Source of the DNA: Perna viridis
Lineage: Eukaryota
Direction: 5' to 3'
DNA length: 64,000 nucleotides
Assembly (NCBI GenBank): GCA_037379345.1
Contig: CM074514.1
Coordinates: 19,840,001-19,904,000, forward strand
The translations under genes were made by a program, and so were the position numbers. Shown piece after piece: positions 37,567 to 52,366 of this stretch. Under the pieces are notes generated by a model. The model was not told the origin of the DNA, did no database searches, and saw only the letters and a program-made list of their open reading frames with translations. How positions within the stretch are numbered: position 1 is the stretch's first letter; each line of letters begins with the position of its first letter.

Positions 37567-40500
37567 TCATTGGATTTTTGGTTTTTCACCCAAGAATAAA
37601 GGCAAAACAATCTTTTTCCACTGTTCATGCCATCGTACTGCCTGGAATATTCCTAGCTTTTCTCTCATCTCTTGTAAAAGCTTCTGCTCTGTTTGGAAAT
37701 TTTCTAAAAGATACTAAAAAAAAATTAATAATTAATTAAAAATAAGTAACTAGTATTTCTGCTCTATTTTTTCTCCATGTTATGTTACTAGTATGATGGT
37801 AAATAAAAGCCATATCACAGGGTTCAAATTAAAGCTGCTGCCTGGTCCAGGGCCCTTAATTTCTGATAAAGAAAATTACCTAGGTTCTGGAACTATCTGA
37901 TTTTCTTAAGACTAAAAGCAGAATTAAGCTTTCAGATTTTACTGTTATAATTCTCTTTTTTACTATATATTTACTGCCAATTTTGCAAATTTCCACTTGT
38001 TTGTCGACCTAATAAAATTATGTCTGTACCATACAATACATTAACTCTTATTGAGGACCTCTCACTTTTGAATATTTCATTGGGACATTGTACAAGCATA
38101 CTGAAATTTGCAATTTCTATACGAATGGTATTTTTTTTTAATTTAGAATCCACTGGGTCCATGCTACTGCTAGTGAGGCAAAGGTTGCAACATTATTTAC
38201 CAGCCCAGAAGTAAGACTTGTCTGATCCAATTTATTACCAGAACTTGCACCTCCAGAGTGGCTTCAATCCTTGTATTACACTTGGTAGAACTACTAGGTG
38301 CTTTACTTTGTTTTTTTTTATTTATAATCATACATATAAATGTATTTTACATACCTTCATCTGTTTAAATAAATGTTGACCATCTCTAAATACTAAACCA
38401 TTATGTCCATGCTGTACTAGCTCATATAAACTGAAAAATATAAATATTTATAGACGTAAAATATGTATTGATACTTAACAATGCAATTTTTTCTTCCTTA
38501 ATTCATTTTTGTATACAGTTGATAAAACATGTGTATAACTAAGCCATTTTCTTGTAATTATTATAGTCTTAAAGTAATTTTAAAACTTGCAATGAAAATG
38601 TGCATAGCAAAACATCTTAACCTTACAGGACTACTGAAGAAACTGCTCGAGTACACTTACTTCAGAATCCCTCGAATAAAAATAAGTTGAATTGTCTCCC
38701 CTGATATATGTTTTCTGAAGACCATTTCCCACAAGTACATCTTTTTGTGATACAATACGAGAGTTTGAACATTCTTACCAAATTGATGATTACAGAGAAG
38801 TGCCCATAATTTTCAATGACAGACAGACAATGTGATTCCTATATTGTGTTACCAATAATATATTACCATTCATAATATATTGCACAAACAGGCAAACCAC
38901 ATCCAAACATATCCACAACTTTCATTGGTAGATCTAATCCACTAGAAGACTTGTGAAGACATATTCCTAAATCTCCAGACCCTGAAATTAAAAACTAAAT
39001 ATGACAATTCATTCTTTTTTTCTACTACTAAGAACTTCCTTATACAAACATTGAACATTGTAAATAAAAACTAAGTATCATAGATCCTTGATAGCCAAGT
39101 AAAATGTTTAGAAGAACAATCTGACTATTTGTAAAGGAGTTAAACATGGTATGAAATAATCAATCATTTTGACAGTGTTATTTCACTATTTGTACCACCA
39201 GAATCAAGAAATAAAGACAAAATTCCCGTAATCATTATGGTAAAATTAGAAAACATTTCAGGGGCAGATAATTGTGTCAAAAACTTAAATTTTCTAACAT
39301 TTCAATGAAAAATTAAAACATATCTTGTGATGCAGAAATCAAATAGTGGTTATTTAAAGAAAGAAGACCTCCTAGATTTCAATGAAATTGACAGATTGAT
39401 TGGTTTTTGACATGCATGTTCCAGATTTTTCTCCTTTTGCCTGATTCTTACAAATACTTGTCTAAAATAAGACTCAAGTAATGAGGAATATGTGATTAAC
39501 AAAGATTTTGGAATGATGGAAAGTTTAAATCACCTTGTTAATTGTCAAATTATCTATATAAAAAAGTTCATCAGGTAATGGTAAAACAATCGAGGTATGA
39601 CCAATAAGTTTCTTGTACTTATGCGTCATAATCAAGTCTATAACATGAGAAAGTATTTACCTACAAGAACAGGATAGTCTTCTGATTCTAACCAAGGTAA
39701 ACAAAACTGAACATGTTTCCATTCATCCTGGTCTATCTTCTCTCTGTAATATTCTTTTTGTGGGCCTTTCCCTAATAAAAATGTAGTAACAAATTAAACA
39801 ACAATCTCCGAGCAATGGCTCACTAGCTATACCTTTCAATCATGATATGAGGAAAATAAACAAAGCCCTCAGTAAATAGGAAGTTGTTGTCAAATTTTTC
39901 CCAAAAAAAATTTAACATATGGCATATCTATAGGAAGAATATGTTAAAATTTCAAGCCACTGTGATAATTAGTTTCTGAGAAAAGTGTGGTGAAAATTTC
40001 TAAATATAAAGTGAAAAATGAACAAAACCCTCTGTAAACAGCAAGTTGTACACAATTTTTTCCTAAAAGGAATCCCACAATAATATGGCATGTGTACAGG
40101 AAGAATGAGTTAAAATTTCAAGTTGCTATGATGAGTAGTTGCTGAGAAAACTGTGATGCAAAAAATTGATATGGAACACGTAAACATAGACAAAGGTAAA
40201 ACAGTATACACCCTATCCTTGAGACCAGGGGTACAACAATTCATAGTTTATCGGAAGTGTTATTAAGATTTTTGAAAATTATAAGTTACCATGAGAAAGC
40301 TCCAAAATTTCCAATAATCAATGTTTACTTTCCAAATTTTAAAAAAAATCTGAAATTCAAATTTTTTTTCATACCAAATGGGAAGTAAAATGTAACTTTT
40401 TGACTCATCCCAAATTCACTTGCCCAAGATGATGGGAAATTAGTACATGAAGTACTGTATAGCAGCATATTTAATACAAGTGTCTGTTGTATGGTTACAG

Positions 40501-43500
40501 TACTTTTTATGTACAAAAAACCAAAGTCAAAAAAATATTTCAATAAAATACAACCACAATGGAAGAGATCAATAAGAGGTTATAGTATTTTCTTTATCAT
40601 TTTATGAAAACACCTTGAATACTTATTCACATTATAAAGACTTAAAATTGCAAAACAAAAGGTAAACATTAAGCAATTATCTTGATTTGTTTAAGTGTTA
40701 CTACATCCATTAATCAAACTTACCTGTTATAACACATATAACATTAGGTAAATTGCTGTCACTAACACTTGCTGCAATCTCATATTCTAAAGACAAATAC
40801 AAAATATGCAAATGTAAGACTTGCTTAAAATACAAAACTAATAAAAACTGGTACTGTACAGCAACTAAAGTCATGGAACAGTACAACCTATTCCCAATCT
40901 ACATGTGTGTATATATAGTCACATACCAAATTACCAAATTTGAAATCAACCCATTCGTTGGGAGCTGAGATATTTGTGGTGAAATTCAGATCGATAGACG
41001 GAATAACAGACAAACAAGGTGATTCCAATATACCATCCACTCATTGAGTGAGGGCGAAAATTGTGCATATGTAACTTTACTGCATCAATCTTGCATACTT
41101 TGATCGACATCCCTCTAACATATGACCCAAGAAAGGTGTCAACAAACAAATGGCAGCATACCATTACAATGCTCCTTATTTGATTAAAAAAAAGGTTCAA
41201 TTAAAGCGTTAGTAATATCCCAATATGTAGATCCTCTGTCAAAATATGAATGACTCAAACACTTCCTGTCAAAGTTGATATATGCATTTAGGATGTCTGA
41301 ATGTTTAATGTATACAAACATCATGTCTTATAGGAAGTGTTGCATATTACTGGTGGTCGACACATCAGTGATATAACAACGTAACGATACATTATCATTA
41401 AATGTAATTTGAATACAAAAAGGGTAGGAAACTCACTCAAATTCCAGCCAGTCCTGAATACAATTTTTCAATACATTTACTATATGGCTATATATATTTT
41501 TGCTGAAATTAGCCAGCCCTGCCAAAAAATAGCCAGTCTCAGGCTGGCAGGCAGGCTACTATTTCTAACTCTGGTACAAATAGCTCTCGTCTCATAGCCA
41601 AGGGTATAAAATCATATTATTAACAAAAACAAAAGCAATCTTACAAGTGCTATAGTATAAGAGAGTGTTAAATACCGTCTAAAGATACAGAACAGCCACA
41701 TTTCTTGCAATAATAAAAAAATAACAATAATTTCTGAATTTAGAGAAATCAGAAGTACCTAACTTTAACATATGAATAGCATATCTAAACTTAATAACAT
41801 ACCCTGTAAACACTCCAATAGCACACCAAAATCTTCATCCTCTATAATAAATAGCATGGGGGTAACATTAAGATCAAATTTGTAAGAAAAGTAGTGTATA
41901 CTAGAATACTCTGACTCAATCAGTACATTAGTAAATTGGCTCCAATATTTATAAATTGGCATTTACAAGCTGAGTTGATACCAAAATTCAATACAACTTT
42001 TTTTTATATATTTCTGCAAAGTAGAGCTCTGTAATTACATTTTTCCAAACCCATTATATTATGACAAAATACAAGAAATTATATTGCATACCTACAAGAA
42101 GCATGTATTAAATTTCAAGCCACTGTGATGAGTAGTTGCTGAGAAAAGTGTGACAAAAATATTGATGAGTAGTTGCTGGGAAAAGTTCGACAAAAATTTC
42201 AACTTTCAAAATATAAAGTCAAAAATAAACAAAGTTCCTGGTTAACAGGAAGATGGAGTCTAATTTTTCTGAAAATGTATCCCACTATACAGCATACCTA
42301 CATAAATGTGTTAAATATTCAAGCCACTGTGATGAGTAGTTGCTGAGAAAACTGTGAAGAAAAAAGTGTAGCGGAAACACAGACAAGGGCAAAACAGCAA
42401 CTTTTGGAGTGGGTGTATCATTACTTTTCCAAAAGCAAAATACATTTAGCTCTCAATGGTGCAAGAAGGTTGTGATAACTTTGCTATGCAAATCTGCTCT
42501 ATATTTTATTCACAGTTCTAATATGACATGCATCTAAGGCCTTTGGACTACAGCCATGGTAAAACTGTGATGAACATATGACCACTGACATAGCTGATAA
42601 GTTATAATTTTTTCCGACATCACAGCAGAATTTTGCTCAACAATGGTTGTCATTAGTGCAAACCATAGGCTGCATCTTTTAAAAAACATGAAGAGGCTAG
42701 TTCTATCAGAATTGAAATAATTCACAGACTGCTTTTTATCATAATTTCACCACTGGCTGGCCATTTATTTCATTTTTTACCCTGCACTGTCATGTTGGTG
42801 AAAGAAGGCGATATGTGTAAATGGCAAGCCACTGGTAAAAAAATAATAAAATGGAGTCTCAGTGAATTATTCTAAATAACTTAAGAAACTGACCTCTGAC
42901 TGTATGTCCGTCAATAATCTGTTGTTTATTAAAATAACAAAGTGACATCTAACATCACTTAATTAACATTGCACAATCACATAGTTCTAATTATACCACA
43001 AAACATACAAATGCTACCATGTTCGTTATGTTGTCTAATTAACAGTCCATACCTGTCCAGCTTGTACTGCTGATAATAAGGGCTGGCCTGTTAGGTCTAT
43101 CCATGATTGTACCATCAGATTTTTTAACAGTTAATACTGTCTCTTCCTTGTATTCTTCAGATCTGTAATAAATCAACAGCATGATGACATAAACATTAGT
43201 ACTTTTCTTGTAGTTGGTGTTCTAATAATTTCTTAGCTAATATTACACTTAATCCAGAGTGAGGGGTTAATTCCACCCATAGCTGATATTTTTAAAGTTT
43301 TTTCATCAGAATAAGTGAGACTGTCAAATGGGACCTGACAGTTCAAAATATTAGCCATGAATTAGTGATATGTATCAGATCATGAAGGAGTGGAATAGTT
43401 ACTCACTAAGAATACCAAAATCACATTTACACTCCTATGTTTACTTTCTCTTTCATGTTATCATTAACACTAAGTACCTTTTATGAGGAACAAACACTTT

Positions 43501-46500
43501 GTACTTGTCAGACAATTTCAGTAACAACTTATGTTTGTCTTCATTGGATGTCCTTTTAAACTGTTCTGCAGGTCGGTCATACAATGTATGGGCACTAGAT
43601 AAAAAAAATGTCCATTGCAACAACATGAAAAACTTAAGAGACATTATACATAATTAAAATAACCAGACTCTTAATAATGTGATATACAGTCACTGGAGGA
43701 TCTAGAAATTCAAAAAGGGAGACCCACTGACTTGGCTAAGGGGAAAAGAGGAGGTCTGCTTCAGTGAAATCAGGTGATTTTCTATGTACATCCTATTCAC
43801 AGAGGCAGCAACTTGTAGATGACTGAGCATTGAATGAGTCAATAATGACCTTACATGTATATTTTCCATTATAACAAGAAAAGTGCATTATTATGCATTT
43901 GCATTGTTTCAAATATTGGCAAAATTTTGAATAAAAAATTCTAAATTAAACTGCCTTTAACTGCTTGTGTGGTAACAACATTTTTTTTTAAAACATTTTT
44001 TAAAAAAAGTTTTTGTAAAAAGGTGATTACATCTCATGATTTGACAAAGAAGTCTTTCAGTTGTATGTTCTATGAAATACTAGCATGGACATTATAATTC
44101 ATGGTTTCCAATTCAGCAACACTGTTTTAAACTTTAGTACAAAAATTAAATTTGTGATTTAACTAAACCAAGAAAAGTGTCACCCTACAAACAATAGATA
44201 TAAGTCTCACTAATCACTTCTAACGTTTCCATTACTTTACATGTTAAAAAAGTAATTTTCAAAGTTTCACTGTGAATTCCCAGGACAAATGACATCTTAA
44301 AGTTGCATACCGTTGCGAAGCTTGAAAAATAAGGCTTTCAAAATCATCATGCTAATATACAATGATTGTAAAATTCTTCATGAAATTTACTTGAATAAAT
44401 GATACTGAAAATCCACATTTTTACCTTTTCTGCTAACTTACAGCATGAAGGCAAATTACTCACAACATGTAAACAATAATCATACACTTTTTTTAGCAAA
44501 TTACAAGTATGATTTTAAAGCACACATTCTCAGCTTTATTTTGACTACTTTTAATCAGAGTACAAACAAATAATGCACTTACAATGCATAGGTCTAGTTT
44601 CAGTGTGCTTATGAGTTATGGTACTACATTAGGGGGTGGCCATTTGACCTGGAAGTGGTTAGTGAGACCATATCTAATAATACAGTAGTCTCCCTTTATA
44701 AGATCACCCTTGTTGTCAAGGAAAAGTGGCCTAATAATGGAGGTAGCCTTTCTTGGGGGAAAACTATCAGGGTCTTTTTTGTTAATACATGTACATGTCA
44801 GTATGCATATTCTTCTGTTCTATTTACAGCTACATATCAATGATAGATTAAGATCATAGAATATTGGATTGCCTGGATTTTTGTTGATATGTTGATTAAT
44901 AAATAGAATTGTTTTTATTCAATTTTGTTATTTGTTTCAAAATCCCTTGTAATAGTAACTTAGCACAAGTCAGTTTCAGAACAAATTATAGGAATACGCA
45001 TTGGTAGAATTTGTAAACAATGGATACAAACTAGTTAGTCAGGTCAGGTATTAAATAATATAGATAAAAAAAAAAAAAATATCAATATTCCCATGGGAAT
45101 AGAATAATTTTCAGGCATTGTTGTTATAGCGTGATCAAGGGAACCAAAATTCTAGTGGAAATCCTTTACAACTTACCTAGTTCAAATGCTACGACTTCTA
45201 TATGTCACCTGATAAGAATTTAGAGCCATGAAAAGAAGCAGTCACATGAATTCTAGTCTATGAAAACAGAGTTTAATGAGGAAAAAAAGACTTACTATAT
45301 TCCCTTTTGATGGAGGTCAGCTTTCATCGCCTTGGTAACACACAAATTGATTTTGGAGTATTTCCCAAAGAAAAACTCATACCTAGAGTTAAAAAAATAC
45401 ATGTGTCAACATGTAAGTTTATAAGTTAAACTAGAATTGTGAATTGAATTTAAAATAATGAAAAACATGTCATCAATAATATTGCTGAGAAAAGATAGTT
45501 ATAATTCATAAGTTTGAATTTGAATTTCTAACCTGAGAAAAAGAGATTGAAATTCTAGGTTGTCATTTTGTCAATTGCAACTTAAAGACCATCCAGGTAA
45601 CCATGTATAATTAGCTTTTTTTCAAAATAAAAAGCTCTGCCAAGCACAGCATGATACAACCACAGCCAGAAGAACTCATCTGGGCAAGTGTGGACACAAT
45701 ATTAGTTTTTGACATGCTTAACATAGGGACTTACAATTCATTATGGACACAACAACTTATTTGGATACAAAATTGCAAAACATTTTGAAATTCAATTTAC
45801 GTACTAAGTTCGGCTTCAGAAAGGATCACTATGAATCTCATAAATAATGGTAAATGAGTAAATTTTCTAAGCATGCTTCTTAAAGCTCTTTTATTTAAGA
45901 GATTTTCAAAAGTAATAGAAAATATATTTAATAATTGCACCGAATAAAAGAGACAATTTTTTCTTTATAACTCAAATACCATAAGAGATATATGTAATCT
46001 GACTGAATAATTCAGGCAAGGATTTTCTTGAGGAATCTAATAAACAAAAATTTCAAAATCAAACCAGAAATAAAAAAGTTTATTTTTTAAGGTGTGACTA
46101 CACTTTGTCCCCCCTTAGACTTACAATGCTAAATGCTATTTGAAAATTTAAAATGGGATTGAATAAGGAACAAATGTTAAAAATTGTCAAGAATGAATGA
46201 GAAGTTAACATTCTACATCAATTTTAAATAAATACCTATTTTACCCCTTGTGGCCCATTTTTGCAGAAGGGTAGGGGCCACTGACCCCATTTTAGCTAGC
46301 AAGCTTCTTAAAGCAGCAAGTAACAACAGATAAAAAAATCAATACATTTGGTTGACTACATCTATAAATATCTTATGACAAGGAAACGAAAAAATTAACA
46401 ATAACAACGACAATGAAAAAAGTATCATAACATATACAACCTCAATTTTTATAAAAAAGTTACTAACAAGATGACTATTGTCAATGACAAGAGCATTTTG

Positions 46501-49500
46501 TTGTGAGATATTGAGTAGAAAATATGTGCAAACAATTTCAGAAACTAAAGTTTTAATCAAAAGTCTCAATTTTATGATAAAATTATTTCAATATCATTTT
46601 CCTTTCGTCGATCACAGAATTTTGAAATACTTTGATCCTATTCTGCAACTATGAATCAGAATACGTACATTTTTTATCAAAACAAACAGAAAAAAAAGAA
46701 ATATCTTTATGCAAATATTAAGTCATTTAAACCCTATAACTTGATATCCCTAGGCTGTTTCATACTGGGTTATTTCAAACCCTGTGTGGAAATTTTTTTC
46801 CTGAATATTGTGTATTACAGAGTTAATCAGTTCAATATGAAAAAATAAGGACACAATTTACTCAAATCTGGTATTTAACAATCATGAAAATGAATATAAA
46901 CTACCTGATTTATTTAGTAAAAGAGTAACTCAATTTTTTAGTTGATATAGGTAAATAAGACAAGGAACCTTGATTTCTACAGCATTATCAATTTACTTAT
47001 ACCACAAGTTAACCAAGCACTAGTACAGTAGTAGGTTTACTTTATAACCATCAAGAGTAAAACATGACAAAGGGAGAAACAGAGGGAAACATCTCATATA
47101 GCAAATGAAATTGAGGGTGAAATGACCCACATTCATGTTCACCGCATGATACCCTACAAACTCTTTTAGATTTATAATAAAATCTTAACCTAAAAATAAA
47201 CTTTATTTGTAGGGGATATACGTTTTGTAAAAAACAAATAGTTAACAAAAACAAACTATTAAATTTAGTCATACCATCGTCCAATTTTCACCAGCAAGTG
47301 TTCTACTCCAACACCTAAGCTGAGGATGGTGTAGCCATAATTGTGCCAATCCACAACTAGTTTACTCCCTCTCAAATAACAAACAACTAAACACACTATC
47401 ATGGTAGGAATACATGGTGGATTCTACAAAAAGTTTTATCATTTCATTTTACTACTTCCAAACGAGTTACATGTTAAAACCTACTATAAGCAACCACCGC
47501 AAAGCAGTGTGAGCTCTACGGTTATTACATGTACTTACTAAATTTCCCTTAAGGTTCCCCAATATACAAACAAAAAAGAAGTCATGTTCTGGAAGTAACA
47601 AAAAGTGACTGTCCTTGCGGAGAAAATTAATCATTTCCTTCAGTTTCAGAAAAATTAAATTCATCTTTTCTGAAAGTTTTCAAATCTTTTTCTATTTTGT
47701 TTTACTCATTTAAAGAAGTGAATGTTATGTTTTTTTTCTCTTTTTTTGAAAACTCCGGGAAACACGTAGATGTGTATGTATGTGTTACGGTGTATCTCCG
47801 ATGTTCCACTGTTACTGTTGTCAAGAACCAAACCCACCTTAGAAAAAAATAGAACTCTGATTGTATTATCAAAATCAAAGAATAGCTTTTCTAAGACAAA
47901 AAAGGCAATCATTTTCTTGTTTGGAATTTGCAGCTGTCGTCTGCATTTTGTTTACGTCACATGATATGTATAAAATATTCCCACCATCCATGGAGAACTG
48001 TAATATTTCCAGTATCTGTACAGATTGAACTGATAGGCCAAAACTGAAATGGATATTGCTAGAGATGTCCCTAAGGGATAAAAAATGTACAGTATTGCGA
48101 AGTGTTATGAAGTTATTGACCATTTTGAGGGCGAGGGAAAAGGGGGTATTAGGTTGGAATTTTGGGGAAAAATTGTTCAAGATATTCATTTATTAAAAAA
48201 AACACCCCCATTAATTAACAAGACAGATTTTCAAATAGAATTATTGATTTTGCTTGCTGCTTAAATATAAATTAAAATATTGCACTTGCGAAGCAAAAAT
48301 TTTCATCAGGGTTGACCCCCCTCTATGTAATGTCCTTTATTATTTTTAAGAGTCTCGCACAGTTAGTGCATGTATGTTAAAGCCACGGTGCTCGCTGATT
48401 TAGGAAATGCCTACCCCATATTAGATAGCACAAACATGGTATACAGGTATACATGTATTATTAATATATGTAAGTGTTTTGTAATCACTAGATATCCCAA
48501 CTACATATGCAATTTAAGGAGTTGAACTTGATTGTAGAATGAAATATGAACTTGTACTTCTACTGACTCATAAAGTATAAAAAGTTACCTATATTCTTTG
48601 CCATATTCAGAAAGATAAAAATAAAAAGCTTTGCAGAGTGAAGCATGATATGACTGCAGAAGTTGAACCCTGAACCATTGGGACAAATGTTTACACAATA
48701 TTAGTTTCTGACACATTTAAGCATATAGACTTACAATTCATTCTGGACACAACTTGTTTGGACACTATATTGCACAAAAGTTTAAATTAAAATAAAAAAT
48801 CTAAAAAGTTGATTATTTAGATGTGTGGTCCATTTGACCCTGTTTAACTCGAAAATCATAAGAGATATCAGTAATCTGATTTGGAAAATGCAGGCGGGGA
48901 TTTTCATAAGAATTTCAATTAAAAAAACATTTTTGAATCAGACCAAATATTAAAAAAGTCAATTTATTTTTGCCCCTTATACTAAAATGGTAGGAGCCAC
49001 AAACCCCAAATTAAAAAGGAACCTTCCTTTAGTAGTTAGTAAAACCATATCACAATTTCATAACAATTGAACAACACAACTAAAGTTATCGACACAGATA
49101 AAGACAACAGTGCCATATCAATATACAACCGCAATCTTTTTGCAGTCATATAAAAATCACTGAAAAAGTTGGCTTGTTACATTTCCCTGTAGATAGATAT
49201 CTGATGTATTATAGTCTGTGTATCAATGGTAGTGCCTTTTGGTTCATTGGTTATATTTTATTTAAGACTTAGTACCAGTGATCTAAGATTTTAGAAAATT
49301 TAAGGTTTCCATAGGAAAGCTCCAAATGAAAATTAGGTATCCCACAAGTATGTTTGAAAATTCAATTGTTCTATTTCGCAGAAGATAAATGGAATTTGAT
49401 TAATACATGTAACTTTCTCATGTAAATATTTCACTTTCCCTTGGTGACTCTGACGAGTCAAAACTATGAAAGCATTTTAAAGACTATCTAAAAAATGAAT

Positions 49501-52366
49501 ATTTTTCAACCATTTTCACTTGTACATTTTTTGTATGTCCCATACCTGAAGCATGATAAAACCTGCCTTTGGTGACAGTAACAGAGTTGTACCTAAAGTT
49601 GCACACTGCCATACCACTTTCAGGACAAAAACCAATAACTTTGGAAAATCTAAATTTAAAAAAAAAATGCATTGAACTACATTTTATACATAGATTATAT
49701 GCTGTCAAACAAATGAGTTATTTAAGTTAATCAATATGTAGTTCTGCAAGCATACACTAATTCTTCATATTAAAGTCTAAATAATTAGTTCATTGGCAAC
49801 ATCTAAAATTAAGTTTAGAATTGCATAAAAAAAACTTAACATGGCCTTATTTTAAAACTACTTTAGTACTTTTTATTGAAGATATTAAGCATTTTCTGTA
49901 CTTATCAAAACACTTGTTATCAACATAAATAAAAAAGCAGCAACTTTTAAATGACTCACATTTCAAACAAGCAGGAGGGTCTGGTATAAGATATTTTCTG
50001 ATCTCTTTATTTCTTCTTATTGTATCTGGTAATTTTGAATCTGCAATAAAAAATACCAGTAGATATAATTAGATCACCTATTTAAAACCTACAATGTATT
50101 GTTTATGTTCATTGCTTAAAGATAATATTTAAAATAGAAGAGAAAATATAGCTACAAATGTATTGACTACATTGTAGTTCATTTTTGTACTAAGGCATTT
50201 AAATTTCACTTGAATGTGAAAAGGTATGTACAGTATCAACAGCCTTCGTGTCCTGGCTTAAGATTAATGTTCAAACTTGATTGCATTAAAGGTTCTATGA
50301 TACCATGAACTAAAATGCATCTCAGACAACCTGTATCCGCAGAACATAAACTCAAACAGTAAAAACTTTGTACAAGTTCTAAATTCTACTGGAATAATGC
50401 AAAGTAAACAGCACAAGTGTACAATAACTTGATTTGTTTGGTAAACTACACCTACAAATTGTATTCTGAATTGTTATATTGTACAAGTCAACTTTTTATA
50501 GATTCATTTATTATAAATGTATATACTTTTAGTTTGTTATGTAGAATGAGCTTCAACATCAATAATGAAATGTTGCCACTAGTACAATGTAAATATACAG
50601 AGGAATCCTGTGTGAATACACATTTCATTGCATAATATACATTGTACATTATATCAAATGTACTGGTACAGAAAAATTCAACTACATGTATGAAATTTAT
50701 GTTGTAAATATGTTCTATAATAGGTATGGTGTACATGCATGTGTCAAAGAGACAACAACCTAACAGGAATGAAAATGTCAGCCCAAGGCCATCCATTGGT
50801 CTTTAATTAATAACAAGGAAACCCTCATACCACAGACTGCAGCTACATTTTTGTAGTCCCTAAACATCATTACACAGGCACAGCAAAAAGAGTTGCCCCT
50901 ATATACTCAAGTAACATAAAAATTGAACTAAAGGTGAAAACAAAACAAGACACACAGAGGCCAGAAATTCCCGACTTGGGATATGTGCAAAAAATGTGGT
51001 GAGGTTAAAGTACTTTGGAGTGATCCCAACCCTCCCGCCTATATCTGGCCATTGCGGAAAAATATTACACAATTGAACACACCTAAAATCACTTCAAAAA
51101 AGGTCTGAGTCCCTTGTTACAATGGACATAAAGAAACTGAATATAAAATACAAATGTACAAAATAAGGACTAATAGCAGTTAACTGACATGCCAGCTCCA
51201 GAAGAGTTAAAACCTATAAAAAGTTTCATACATGTCCCCATCGTGCATAAAAATCAATTACGGTATATCATAAGTCATACAAAAGGACACAACCCATATC
51301 TACATGTGTATATTCAATACTCTGATATTATTAATTCATCTTTTTTTAAGATCTAAACAAGATCTCAAAAACAGAAAGATGTAATCTACATTGTAGATTG
51401 CAATAGAAATTTTGGTGTCATGATGAGATCTCTAGGAAGTAAAAAGAAATGTAATTAAAAGATATGATCATAAACAAAAGACAGATCCTGAATTTTCTCC
51501 TGTAGGATGTATTCTTTTGAAATTAAAAAAACATACATTGTAGTTACATGCATCTATAAACAGAAAGCTTGAATACACTTTAATACAAACTGAGTTAATC
51601 AAGGAAATTAGAATGTCTTTGGTGGTATCTTATATAGGTAATTACATCTTAAAGTCTCAAACAGACATCCAATGCCAGGTACATTTGTACATGTATTTAT
51701 TACTTATTGCCCTCTAATTACAATCTTTGTACCTAACTCAGTAGGTGGGAAACTTTCGTAAGGTTCTAATTTCCACATAGTTGTGATGTTCAAGGAATTG
51801 TGAACTAAAAGATTGCTTTATTTACGTCCAGTTATTTCACAGTTATCTCTGGTAGACTATATATAAATATACATGTATGGACACAAAAGTTCAATCAAAA
51901 TACCACTTTTCATAGAACAAATCCTGAATTCACACCTGCACATGTGTACATTTGAGTTCCTCTGCATTGTACAACAATTCTTCATCTTTCCTTTTATGTT
52001 TTGATGAGCATAGTTCTGACAATAATTTAGCCCATAAAATGTCCTTTCCTTCAGTACTGACTTCTTGTAGAGTTGGATTGTAACTTCCCTGTACTTTTGA
52101 AAGATCAGTGTTTAAAGACCCTATCCGATCTATTATCTATTTTAACAGTATGATTATATCTTACCTCCATAACCTACTAAGTCCACGTGAAAACCTTCCT
52201 TGGCAAATGACAGAGAATGATACAGCATCCTTGGACTTCTACCAAGATCTCCAAGCACTACAATACAAACTGACTTATTCCCATTGACAATGTAATTCAA
52301 CAACACATACAGAAAAATCACAATGAATGGAAAAAGGTAAATAATAGGCCCCAAAATGAAAGTCAT
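37567..52366 (-). CDS. ALG1: Chitobiosyldiphosphodolichol beta-mannosyltransferase (ALG1), complete, 13 exons, 466 aa
   Basis: Minus-strand exons: 52366-52165, 50040-49960, 49649-49546, 47423-47275, 45382-45296, 43594-43478, 43162-43053, 41841-41803, 40786-40724, 39771-39661, 38981-38867, 38430-38355, 37713-37567 (1401 nt, all GT-AG, phases consistent). N-terminal TM helix followed by ALG1 signatures [86 protein letters not shown]. Confidence 0.97.
39800..40236 (-). mobile_element. Dispersed repeat (HINE-like), copy 1 in an ALG1 intron
   Basis: aaatttcaagccactgtgat..tagttNctgagaaaa.tgtg occurs twice internally and again at 42110-42360; ends ..gacaaaggtaaaacagtata..ggggtac. Confidence 0.6.
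42040..42420 (-). mobile_element. Dispersed repeat (HINE-like), copy 2 in an ALG1 intron
   Basis: Same internal units as 39800-40236; ends cagacaagggcaaaacag..gggtgtat. Confidence 0.6.
42716..42872. repeat. Imperfect inverted repeat (MITE-like relic)
   Basis: aataattcacagact...tcaccactggctggccattta pairs with taaatggcaagccactggtaa...agtctcagtgaattatt; about 50-nt spacer. Confidence 0.75.
45630..46100. repeat. Dispersed repeat shared with 48625-48970
   Basis: gcatgata..acacaatattagttt(t/c)tgaca..gacttacaattcatt(a/c)tggacacaac..cataagagatat..gtaatctga..caggc..ggattttc is present at both loci. Confidence 0.7.
48625..49150. repeat. Dispersed repeat shared with 45630-46100
   Basis: Colinear similarity with the copy at 45630-46100. 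Confidence 0.7.
50735..51220. repeat. Degenerate mussel-type interspersed repeat
   Basis: atgtgtcaaagagacaacaacc...ggtcttt and cccgacttggga..aaaaatgtggtgaggttaaa resemble abundant Mytilus repeats as I recall them; the latter is reverse-related to the 17215/61845 family. Confidence 0.45.

Noticed and set aside
47490-48400. Possible ~900-bp TIR transposon with higher CpG content in an ALG1 intron
   Set aside because: The putative inverted termini match only loosely by eye and no transposase-like frame or target duplication is visible.
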